In this document: positions 56,078 through 64,000 of the stretch, piece by piece | How positions within the stretch are numbered: position 1 is the stretch's first letter | How the letters are laid out: each line of letters starts with the position of its first letter | From: Patescibacteria group bacterium | GTDB lineage: Bacteria > Patescibacteriota > Patescibacteriia > XYB2-FULL-38-15 | Assembly: GCA_041737355.1 (NCBI GenBank) | Contig: JBGSRW010000006.1 | Span: 3,246 to 67,245, forward strand | DNA length: 64,000 bases | Direction: 5' to 3' | Position numbers and translations under genes: made by a program | The notes under the pieces: generated by a model | What the model saw: only the letters and a program-made list of their open reading frames with translations | Database searches by the model: none | Told to the model about the DNA's origin: nothing

Positions 56078-58488
56078 TAAACCACAATATTGACGAGCTT
56101 ACCTTTAACAAAAATAATTTTTTTGATTTCCTTGCCCTCAATCCACTTTTTAACCTTCTCGCTCCCGATCGCAAATTTTTTCGCATCATCCTCGCCGATA
56201 TCCGCCCTTGCCTTTACCGTATCACGTACTTTTCCGTTTATTTGAATAACTAAATCTATTTCTTCTTCTACTACCAACTTGGAATCATGCTCCGGCCATT
56301 TTTCAAGATGAATACTTTTTTTCCCACCAGCTTTTTCCCAAAGCTCTTCAACCAAATGCGGGGCAAAAGGCGCTAATATTCTCAAAAATAATTTCCAAAC
56401 ATCCGGAGAAATTTTTTCTTCACCGCTCATAGCGTTCATTAAAATCATCATCTGGGAAACAGCCGTATTGAATTTCATTGCTTCGATATCTTCTCCGACT
56501 TTCTTGACCGTTTGGTGCAATATTTTTTCAATTTCTCTGTTTGCGTTTTTCCCGCTTACCTTTTCCTGCAGCCGCCAAACTCTCTCCAAAAATCTGTAAA
56601 CTCCGACCACTCCCTTTTCATCCCAGGGAATGGCCTGATCAAACGGCCCCATGAACATTTCGTAAATCCGCAAAGTATCGGCGCCGAAACGGGTTACTAC
56701 GTCATCGGGATTGACGACATTTCCGCGCGATTTTGACATTTTTTCTCCGCCCTCGCCCAAAATCAAACCGTGCGAAGTTCTTTTTTTGTACGGTTCATCG
56801 CCGCACTCTTTGGGAATAACGCCGATATCATATAAAAATTTATACCAAAAACGCGAATACAAAAGATGAAGAGTGGTATGCTCCATTCCCCCATTGTACC
56901 AATCAACCGGCATCCAATATTTTAAATTCTTGCCGTTGGCAAATTCTTTTTTATTTTTCGGATCGGTGTAGCGCATGAAATACCAGGACGATCCGGCCCA
57001 ATTTGGCATGGTGTCCGTCTCACGCCGCGCCGTGCCATTACACTTCGGGCATTTTGTCTTGACCCATTTTTCCATTGCCGCAAGCGGCGACTCGCCTGTC
57101 TCGGTCGGCTCATATTTTTTAACTTTCGGCAACTCAACCGGCAAGTCTTTTTCCGGCACCGGCACCCAGCCGCATTTTTCACAATAGATAAGCGGAATCG
57201 GCTCGCCCCAATATCTTTGCCTAGAAAAAACCCAGTCGCGCAATTTATAATTCACGGCTTTTTTGCCAATCTTTTTTTCCAGAAGCCACGCTGTCATTTT
57301 TTCAATCGCTTCGCTTGGCTTCAGACCGTTTAAAAATTCTGAATTGACCATTATCCCCTTATCAATTTCGGTAAAAGCTCCCTTACTAATGTCACCACCA
57401 CTGATCACTTCTCGAATTAGCAAATCAAATTTTTTAGCGAAAGCAAAATCCCGTTCGTCGTGGGCCGGGACAGCCATAATCGCGCCAGTGCCATAACCGG
57501 TCAAAACATAATCGGCCACCCAAATGGGAATCTCCTCATTATTCACCGGATTAATTGCCTTGATACCCCCCAACTCCACGCCAGTTTTTTCTTTTTGTAA
57601 TTCCGTCCGTTCCAAATCAGACTTTCTTTTTGCTTTGGCAATATATTTTTCCACTTCGACCCAATTAGAAATTTTTGATTTTAATTTTTCCACCATCTCG
57701 TGTTCCGGCGCCAAAACCATGTAAGTAGCGCCAAACAAAGTATCCGGTCTTGTTGTAAACACCTTAATCTTTAATTCTGAATTCTTAATTCCAAATTCCA
57801 CCTCCGTGCCTTCCGATTTTCCAATCCAATTTACCTGCTGATCCTTTATCCGCGGGGCGTAATCAACTTTTTCCAAACCCTCGAGCAGCCGCTCGGCGTA
57901 TTTGGTAATTTTTATCATCCACTGCTCTTTCGTCTTTTTTTCCACTATGCCACCACAGCGCTCGCAAACGCCGTTCACCACTTCTTCATTCGCCAGACCG
58001 ATTTTGCATTTTGTACACCAGTTGATAGCGATTTTATCTTTGTAGGCCAGGCCGTGTTTGAAAAATTGTAGAAACATCCATTGCGTCCATTTGTAATATT
58101 CGGGATCGGTTGTATTTATCTCCCGCGACCAATCGAAAGAAAGGCCAAGCGATTTCAACTGCCTAGTAAAATTTTTAATATTTTTGGCAGTGGCAATTGC
58201 CGGCTGAATCCCGGTTTTTATGGCGTAATTTTCCGCGGGTAAACCAAAAGCGTCCCAACCGATTGGGTACAAAACATTTTTCCCCTGCATCCGATGTTTT
58301 CGGGCAACGATGTCCAGAGCCGTATAACTTCGCGGGTGGCCGACGTGCAGCCCTTCGCCGGACGGATAGGGGAACTCAATCAGGCAATAAAACTTCTCCT
58401 TTTTGGAATTTTCTTTAACTTCGTAAATTTTCCCTTTTTCCCATTTTGCCTGCCACTTCTTCTCAATTTTCTTGAAATTATAATCCAT
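56077..58488 (-). CDS. leuS: leucyl-tRNA synthetase
   Basis: HIGH (HVGHPRSY) and KMSKS motifs, plus the CP1 editing domain. Confidence 0.95.
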   Translation of the reverse strand: MDYNFKKIEKKWQAKWEKGKIYEVKENSKKEKFYCLIEFPYPSGEGLHVGHPRSYTALDIVARKHRMQGKNVLYPIGWDAFGLPAENYAIKTGIQPAIATAKNIKNFTRQLKSLGLSFDWSREINTTDPEYYKWTQWMFLQFFKHGLAYKDKIAINWCTKCKIGLANEEVVNGVCERCGGIVEKKTKEQWMIKITKYAERLLEGLEKVDYAPRIKDQQVNWIGKSEGTEVEFGIKNSELKIKVFTTRPDTLFGATYMVLAPEHEMVEKLKSKISNWVEVEKYIAKAKRKSDLERTELQKEKTGVELGGIKAINPVNNEEIPIWVADYVLTGYGTGAIMAVPAHDERDFAFAKKFDLLIREVISGGDISKGAFTEIDKGIMVNSEFLNGLKPSEAIEKMTAWLLEKKIGKKAVNYKLRDWVFSRQRYWGEPIPLIYCEKCGWVPVPEKDLPVELPKVKKYEPTETGESPLAAMEKWVKTKCPKCNGTARRETDTMPNWAGSSWYFMRYTDPKNKKEFANGKNLKYWMPVDWYNGGMEHTTLHLLYSRFWYKFLYDIGVIPKECGDEPYKKRTSHGLILGEGGEKMSKSRGNVVNPDDVVTRFGADTLRIYEMFMGPFDQAIPWDEKGVVGVYRFLERVWRLQEKVSGKNANREIEKILHQTVKKVGEDIEAMKFNTAVSQMMILMNAMSGEEKISPDVWKLFLRILAPFAPHLVEELWEKAGGKKSIHLEKWPEHDSKLVVEEEIDLVIQINGKVRDTVKARADIGEDDAKKFAIGSEKVKKWIEGKEIKKIIFVKGKLVNIVV

Positions 58489-58578
58489 ATTATTAATATC
58501 TTAACATAAACGTCCTAATAAAAAAAGCTCCGCGGTTGGCCTTTAAACCATGCACACGGAGCATGTCTCTCTCCAAAA

Positions 58579-59571
58579 CTAACCCGAGAGCCGGACCGAC
58601 GGAACGAGCCGGCGGTACCTTGCCCGAAGCTTACCGTTCAGTGCGGCATTCCGGGGAAGGCCTCGGACCAAGAGTTCGATTCTCCCGCTTACAACGTGGC
58701 TTCTTACCTGGAGCACTTCGTTGGAGCCCTCTCTTTCGTTGTAGGCAGTCCGGAGACAGACCGGTTCGTCCTGATCGAGGATGTCGCAGGAGATCTCCTT
58801 CATGACTACCCAGGCAAGCAGATACTCCTCAAGCGAGAGCACCTCCCAACCAGCGGGCGCCTGCCGCTCGAATTCGCTGAAGTTCTTACCATGCCGCGGC
58901 GCGCTTCCGCCGATCTCCGCCCAGAACCAGTAGCCTTCGCTTGTGGGAGAGAAGGCAATCCAGCTCCTGTCTCCCTCCCGCAGGGTCGAATGGCCTCCGA
59001 GGCCGATGGCCTCCATCAGTCGGCCGTAGGAAACCTTGACCTCTGGCGGCCGGTAGATCAGCTGTTTGTTTTCCCCGCAGCCGGTCTCGAATTCCTCGGC
59101 CGTAATCGCCGCCCTGGGTACCTCGATACCGTTGAAGTCGTAGAGGCGGAAGAGATTCTCCGCGGTCTGCCGCCAGTTTTCCACGGGGTCATCAGTTGCC
59201 GCAGAGGGCGGAACCGACGGACATATCCGCCTGGCCACCGTAGCCGTTTTGGGACGAACATCTTCCGACTCGCCCACGAACTGTGCCGCCGCAAGCTGGA
59301 TATCGAGCTCCGCTACACGCGTGCGGAGAAGCTCGAGTTCCTCGCGCTCTTCCGGCTTGAGCTCCGGACAGACGAGCCTCGTCGATTCGGAATCGGAGGT
59401 GTTGCCCTCCAGAGCCGCTTCGATTGCCAACTTGAAACCGCGAAGCGCGATCTCCGCCGTCATTTCCTTACGTTCAACCAAGTCGCAAAGACGCTGCCAC
59501 CTGCCGGCCATCCGCTCCATAAGAGCGAGATCGGCAAGAAGCTTGTCGATTCTCTTCGGGTCTCTTTCCAT
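58579..59571 (-). CDS. hypothetical 330-aa GC-rich orphan protein
   Basis: GGAGGAGGAAGG SD; a TTGACA promoter at about 59640-59674; about 58% GC. Confidence 0.55.
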   Translation of the reverse strand: MERDPKRIDKLLADLALMERMAGRWQRLCDLVERKEMTAEIALRGFKLAIEAALEGNTSDSESTRLVCPELKPEEREELELLRTRVAELDIQLAAAQFVGESEDVRPKTATVARRICPSVPPSAATDDPVENWRQTAENLFRLYDFNGIEVPRAAITAEEFETGCGENKQLIYRPPEVKVSYGRLMEAIGLGGHSTLREGDRSWIAFSPTSEGYWFWAEIGGSAPRHGKNFSEFERQAPAGWEVLSLEEYLLAWVVMKEISCDILDQDEPVCLRTAYNEREGSNEVLQVRSHVVSGRIELLVRGLPRNAALNGKLRARYRRLVPSVRLSG

Positions 59572-59720
59572 CTGCCTTCCTCCTCCCCCGCTCTCGGAGG
59601 TTTTTATTATATTTGACGATCATCCACAAATTTGGAGATCTCATTATCTAAATACTTTTTTTCAATTTTGTCAACCCTGATAAAATAAAAAGGGCTGGCT
59701 TGATCCAACCCTCCGCCTCC

Positions 59721-60158
59721 TTACTTTCTTTCGATCTGCTTCCGGCCGGAAGCCCTTGCCCAGCTGCCGCTCGAGATCTCCCCGCCGACCGCGTTGCCGG
59801 CCTTTTTCCTCGGCAAAATCTTTTTCCTAATATACCCCAGGCAATGCTCACTCATTTCGCGCTCAAATTCCTGCCGTCGGGCGGGAAAATTTCTCCACTC
59901 GGCAATGACTCTATCGCATGGCCAACAGAGCTTGTCCGTATTGTACATTGCAAGAGTCGCTCCGCAGCATTCGCATCTCCGTCTACCCGGAATAGTTGGA
60001 AGCGACTGAACGGTCTCGGAGATTTTGTCCTCGCCGTCCGTCTCAGTAAGAGACGCTGTTTCGGGCAAATTTTTCTCCGATGAAACGGGCTCGACGGACG
60101 TCTCGACCGTCTTCGGCTTTTTGGAAAACCCTTCTTTGTCTTTTATTTTTCTCGACAT
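59721..60158 (-). CDS. hypothetical GC-rich protein with a CxxC...CxxC zinc ribbon
   Basis: Start at MSRKIK behind GGAGGAG. Motif CECCGATLAMYNTDKLCWPC. Confidence 0.5.
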   Translation of the reverse strand: MSRKIKDKEGFSKKPKTVETSVEPVSSEKNLPETASLTETDGEDKISETVQSLPTIPGRRRCECCGATLAMYNTDKLCWPCDRVIAEWRNFPARRQEFEREMSEHCLGYIRKKILPRKKAGNAVGGEISSGSWARASGRKQIERK

Positions 60159-60212
60159 TTTCTCTCCTCCGTCTAACTTTAATGATTCTGCCCGAAAAGT
60201 CAATTCAACAAA

Positions 60213-60241
60213 AAATCCGCCTCTCCGGCGGATTTTTTAAT
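60213..60241 (-). terminator. terminator after gdhA
   Basis: aaaaatccgcc-tctcc-ggcggatttttt. Confidence 0.7.
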
Positions 60242-60251
60242 TTTTTATATT

Positions 60252-61520
60252 TTATGCCCAACCTCTAGTCTTAATCGCTTTTTCCAACCGTCCGAGCGCC
60301 AAGGCAAAAACCGCAGTCCGGAAATCAGTTTTATTCTTTTCTTTTATTTCCCATGCCGCGTCAAAATTTTCCACCATGATTTTTTTTAATTTTTCAAAAA
60401 CTTCCTTTTCCGCCCAATAATAATTGGCCAAATTCTGCACCCATTCAAAATAAGAAACCGTCACCCCGCCGGCGTTGGCCAGGACATCAGGAACGATAAG
60501 GGTTCCCTTTTTAAATAATTTTTCATCGGCCTCGGGGGAAGTCGGACCGTTGGCGAGCTCAACGACAACTTTTGCCTTAATTTTCCCCATGTTCTTTTTA
60601 GTAATCTGGTTTTCCAAAGCCGCTAAAATTAAAATATCGCAATCGGTTTCCAAAAGCTTATCGTTTGTAATGTGGACATGATTTTTGCAGGAACATTTTA
60701 TTTCGCTGCACTCACAGACATCAACCATTCCTTTTTGTTCCTTTATTTTGGCGATAACATGGGAATCGAAGCCCTTACCGGTTTTATCTATAATCGCGGT
60801 TTGCGAATCGGAAATACCAATGATTTTATAGCCAGCGTGAAAACATAAATCGGCCATGTTGTAACCGGCGTTGCCAAAACCTTGGATGACAATTTTTGTT
60901 TTTTGGGGGTCAATTTTTAATTTTTTTACCACTTCTTCCAAAATATAAAATCCTCCTTGGGCCGTTGCCGTCCCCCGCCCGGCCGAACCGCCGAGCTCAA
61001 GGGGCTTTCCTGTAACGACACCCGGAACATTATATCCTTTTATTTTGGAAAATTCGTCCATTATCCAGGCCATGATTTGGGGTGTGGTATAGACGTCAGG
61101 CGCCGGAATATCTTTTTCCGGACCAATATCGTTTTGCAGTGCTTGAGTATATCCCCGGGCCAATCTCTCGATTTCACCACGGCTCAACTTTTTCGGATCA
61201 ACCGTAACTCCGCCCTTTCCCCCGCCGTAAGGAATCCCGACTGCGGCGCATTTGATCGTCATCCAAAAAGACAATGCCTCCACTTCATTCAAGTCGGTTT
61301 GCTGATGAAAACGGATTCCGCCCTTGAATGGCCCCCTGGCGTTGTTCCACTGGACTCGATAGCCGTCAAAAACTCTCGTTTCACCGCTGTCCATTTTGAC
61401 CGGAATGGAAAATTGCAAAATCTTTTTCGGTTTTTTCAAAATTTCTAAAACTGCCGTATCAAGTTTTATAAGTTCGGCCGCCTTTTTCAATTGCGCGAGA
61501 GCGTTTTGTAACGGGCTCAT
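60252..61520 (-). CDS. gdhA: NAD(P)-specific glutamate dehydrogenase
   Basis: GDH catalytic motif (GGGKGG) and a Rossmann fold (GFGNAG). Confidence 0.9.
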   Translation of the reverse strand: MSPLQNALAQLKKAAELIKLDTAVLEILKKPKKILQFSIPVKMDSGETRVFDGYRVQWNNARGPFKGGIRFHQQTDLNEVEALSFWMTIKCAAVGIPYGGGKGGVTVDPKKLSRGEIERLARGYTQALQNDIGPEKDIPAPDVYTTPQIMAWIMDEFSKIKGYNVPGVVTGKPLELGGSAGRGTATAQGGFYILEEVVKKLKIDPQKTKIVIQGFGNAGYNMADLCFHAGYKIIGISDSQTAIIDKTGKGFDSHVIAKIKEQKGMVDVCECSEIKCSCKNHVHITNDKLLETDCDILILAALENQITKKNMGKIKAKVVVELANGPTSPEADEKLFKKGTLIVPDVLANAGGVTVSYFEWVQNLANYYWAEKEVFEKLKKIMVENFDAAWEIKEKNKTDFRTAVFALALGRLEKAIKTRGWA

Positions 61521-61523
61521 AAA

Positions 61524-62444
61524 TTATTTGTTAATTTTCGTTTTTTGCAAATAAGCGTAAGCTGAAAGGGCGGCTTTTGCTCCTTCCCCGGCGGCAATGA
61601 CAATTTGTTTGTAAGGAACGGTCGTTGCGTCGCCGGCGGCGAAAACTCCGGAAAAATTGGTTTCATTCTTTTGGTTGATAATTATCTGCTGGTTTTCATC
61701 GAGTGCCACAAGCTTTTTCACAAAATCAGATTCAACAATATGGCCGATTTCGACAAACACTCCGTTAACCTCGACCTCACGCTTCTCCCCTCCGGAAACA
61801 CTCTCAACGGCAAGGCTACATATTTTTTTATCACCGCCCAACCCTTTGACTTCCGAACTTAGAACGATCTCGACATTCGACAGGGATTTTATCTCGTTGA
61901 TTCTTGCCTCTTCGGCCCGAAAACCGTCGCGCCGATGGATAAGATAAACTTTCTTGGCAAACTTGGACAAGAGAATCGCGGCATCAAGCGCGGCGTTCCC
62001 TCCGCCTACTACGGCAACGACTTTATTTTTATAAAACGGGGCATCGCAAGTCGCGCAATAAGAAATTCCGCAGCCCTTGAATCTATCCTCGTCTGGGATA
62101 CCAAGCTTCCGGGGAACGGCGCCGAAAGCGAGAATAACCGCCCTCCCTTCAAAAACTTCTCCGTCTTTATCTTTTATTTCAAATTTTTCACCGTCTTTCA
62201 GGATTTCCTTGGCTTCAGTCGCGATAATTTCCGCCCCGACCGTTTTTGCCTGCTCGGCTATCTTCTGCATCAATTCAAAACCCGGGACCAGACCGAGGCC
62301 GGGGTAATTCTCGACCTTGGAAGCGTAAACAGCTTGGCCTCCTGTTTCTTTTCCCAAAACCAAAACTTTAAGCGCCCGGCGCGCTGCGTAAATCGCTGCT
62401 GTGAGGCCAGCTGGACCGGACCCGACGATAATTAAGTCGTACAT
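61524..62444 (-). CDS. trxB: thioredoxin reductase
   Basis: GSGPAG FAD motif and redox CATC. Confidence 0.92.
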   Translation of the reverse strand: MYDLIIVGSGPAGLTAAIYAARRALKVLVLGKETGGQAVYASKVENYPGLGLVPGFELMQKIAEQAKTVGAEIIATEAKEILKDGEKFEIKDKDGEVFEGRAVILAFGAVPRKLGIPDEDRFKGCGISYCATCDAPFYKNKVVAVVGGGNAALDAAILLSKFAKKVYLIHRRDGFRAEEARINEIKSLSNVEIVLSSEVKGLGGDKKICSLAVESVSGGEKREVEVNGVFVEIGHIVESDFVKKLVALDENQQIIINQKNETNFSGVFAAGDATTVPYKQIVIAAGEGAKAALSAYAYLQKTKINK

Positions 62445-62447
62445 AAA

Positions 62448-62774
62448 TTATTTTTTCGCTTTTTCAAGACGATTTTTAATTTCTTCCTTGTTTTGAATTC
62501 CGACAAACTCGTCGACGACTTGCCCACCCTTAAAAATTTTAAAAGTTGGTATACTCATCACATTATATTTTTCCGCTGTCGCCGCCGCCTCGTCAACATT
62601 AAGTTTCGCCACTTTCACCGGCTGGCCCTCAAGCTCTTTAGCTACCTCCTCGACGATCGGCCCCATCATTTTGCATGGTCCGCACCAAGGCGCCCAAAAA
62701 TCAACTAAAACCGGCACCTCCGATTTTAAAACTTCATTCTCAAAATTTTGATCGTTCAAGATAATTTCCGCCAT
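62448..62774 (-). CDS. trxA: thioredoxin
   Basis: WCGPC active site. Confidence 0.95.
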   Translation of the reverse strand: MAEIILNDQNFENEVLKSEVPVLVDFWAPWCGPCKMMGPIVEEVAKELEGQPVKVAKLNVDEAAATAEKYNVMSIPTFKIFKGGQVVDEFVGIQNKEEIKNRLEKAKK

Positions 62775-62839
62775 AAAATTAAGCTTAATAATTATTTACC
62801 CATTATAACAGCAAATGACGCGAAAAACAAAAAACAGAG

Positions 62840-62868
62840 ACAAAAATACCGGACAAACCCGGTATTTT
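62840..62868 (-). terminator. terminator after infB
   Basis: ataccgg-acaaa-cccggtat followed by ttttt. Confidence 0.6.
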
Positions 62869-62882
62869 TTACTTTATCAAAT

Positions 62883-64000
62883 TTATTCTAATTTTCTGAT
62901 TCTTTTTTCTTCTTTATACATCGCCAGAACATCTCCAACCTGAATAATCGGTTTGCCCTTGTATTTTATTCCGCATTCCTGCCCGGCCGCGGCCTCTTTT
63001 ATTTCCGCTTTGGCCGACTGCAACTGAATTAAAATTCCTTCACCAATCTCTTCCTGTTTCCTCAAAATTTTTATCTTTGTCTGGCCAGCCTTAGGGTCAA
63101 AAACAATTTTTCCCTCCCTGACCTTCCCGCCAACAATCATGCTAGCCGGCTCCGTCCGGAAAATCGCGGCAACCTCCATTTTCCCAAGTTCTGTCCGGAT
63201 AATTTCAACGTCAAGCAGGGCTTCGAGTCCATTTTTAACTTCATCGATAAGATTGTATATAATATTGAAAATTTTTATTTCTACTCCCTTATCGCGGGCC
63301 AGTTCTTCAATATTCGGCCCCATCAAAACATTGAAACCAAAAATTTTTGCCCCGATAGCCTCGGCCTGTAGAACTTCCGCTTCGGTGATATTCCCCAATC
63401 CGCGGCTGACTATTTCAAGACTTACTGTCGGATAATCCATTTTTTCAAAAGACGCTAAAAGCGCTTCAAGCGATCCCAAAACATCGGTTTTCAAAATAAC
63501 ATTCAGTTTTTTCTTTTTCTTTTCCTCTTCATCGCCGGTTTTTTTAACTACAACCTGGTCACGGCGTGCATAGGTCGGTTTTATTTTCCTTTGGCACTCG
63601 CTCAAATCTCCCTTAACTTCCAAAATATCCCCGACTTGAGGAGCCGCCTTAAGGCCTAAAATTTTTACCGGCGTGCCTGGGGTTGCTTCGTCAACAACTT
63701 CGCCACGAAAATTTTTCATTGCCCTTGTCCGGCCATATAAAACATTATCAACGGTCAAATTATCGTTACGATTAAGAGTTCCGGCCTGGACCAAAACCGT
63801 AGCTACCGGTCCCTCACCTTTATCTATATGTGATTCAATAACCGTACCCAAGGCACAACGATCGGGGTTTGCCATAATTTTCTCCTTCTCCATGTCGGCA
63901 AGAAGAAGAACCATGTCCAAAAGGTCGTCTATCCCAGTCATCTGTTTGGCGGAAATCGGCACACAGATGGTTTTGCCTCCCCAGTCTTCGGGAATCAAGT
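62883..64000 (-). CDS. infB: translation initiation factor IF-2, C-terminal portion (the gene continues past the window end)
   Basis: IF-2 domains II through C2; the ORF is open to position 64000. Confidence 0.88.
   Translation of the reverse strand, partial: LIPEDWGGKTICVPISAKQMTGIDDLLDMVLLLADMEKEKIMANPDRCALGTVIESHIDKGEGPVATVLVQAGTLNRNDNLTVDNVLYGRTRAMKNFRGEVVDEATPGTPVKILGLKAAPQVGDILEVKGDLSECQRKIKPTYARRDQVVVKKTGDEEEKKKKKLNVILKTDVLGSLEALLASFEKMDYPTVSLEIVSRGLGNITEAEVLQAEAIGAKIFGFNVLMGPNIEELARDKGVEIKIFNIIYNLIDEVKNGLEALLDVEIIRTELGKMEVAAIFRTEPASMIVGGKVREGKIVFDPKAGQTKIKILRKQEEIGEGILIQLQSAKAEIKEAAAGQECGIKYKGKPIIQVGDVLAMYKEEKRIRKLE

Noticed and set aside
58640-58700. GTTCGATTC T-loop-like motif suggesting a tRNA or tmRNA fragment, and so a possible integration (att) site
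   Set aside because: No acceptor, D or anticodon arm can be folded around it, and it lies inside a long SD-initiated ORF. It is a coincidental match.

Overview
This window reads as a low-GC (about 40-45%) bacterial chromosome segment with the gene order and ribosomal-protein features of a Candidate Phyla Radiation / Patescibacteria genome. The supporting features are: no L30 gene between rpsE and rplO, a Zn-type S14, an L24 with a C-terminal Cys4 ribbon, a short Rel enzyme, a two-ORF ComEC, and many genes with no Shine-Dalgarno (SD) sequence. Almost all coding is on the minus strand. Ordered by coordinate, the window contains: an LCP C-terminal fragment (the LytR_C domain of a LytR/CpsA/Psr-family protein), der, pth, dprA, topA, a 515-aa charged hypothetical, rel, parB-parA, three tRNAs (Leu-CAA, an initiator-like CAT, an elongator-type CAT), a GT4 glycosyltransferase, a DacA-like carboxypeptidase, scpB-scpA, a YbaK-like deacylase, a DUF2330 exoprotein, lon, several small hypotheticals, an HD hydrolase next to a nucleoside-2-deoxyribosyltransferase-like protein, a C39-like peptidase, aspS and asnS in tandem, recO, ruvX, map, adk, secY, a 20-gene ribosomal-protein run (rplO through rpsJ), tuf, a 103-aa gene, fusA, rpsG, rpsL, an M50 protease, an rpmB missed by the ORF track, eno, DUF4230 and small membrane proteins, tRNA-Pro(GGG), ndk, a ComEC MBL-domain ORF plus a ComEC channel ORF, leuS, gdhA, trxB, trxA, and the 3' part of infB. 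Two things are not explained by ordinary housekeeping content. First, the same leader module of about 80 bp, containing an (AG)10-11 dinucleotide microsatellite on the transcribed strand, sits in front of two unrelated-looking minus-strand orphan ORFs about 13 kb apart. Second, there are several GC-rich (about 55-58%) gene cassettes, each with a canonical sigma70-like promoter and/or a strong GGAGG SD and each flanked by hairpin terminators, inserted between conserved housekeeping genes. The largest is a 3-kb island at 25.85-28.9 kb carrying two small membrane proteins, a 399-aa orphan and an aspartate-carbamoyltransferase-like gene. The others are at 48.7 kb, 52.5 kb and 58.6-60.2 kb. All protein identifications are from motif recognition by eye; no database search was run.
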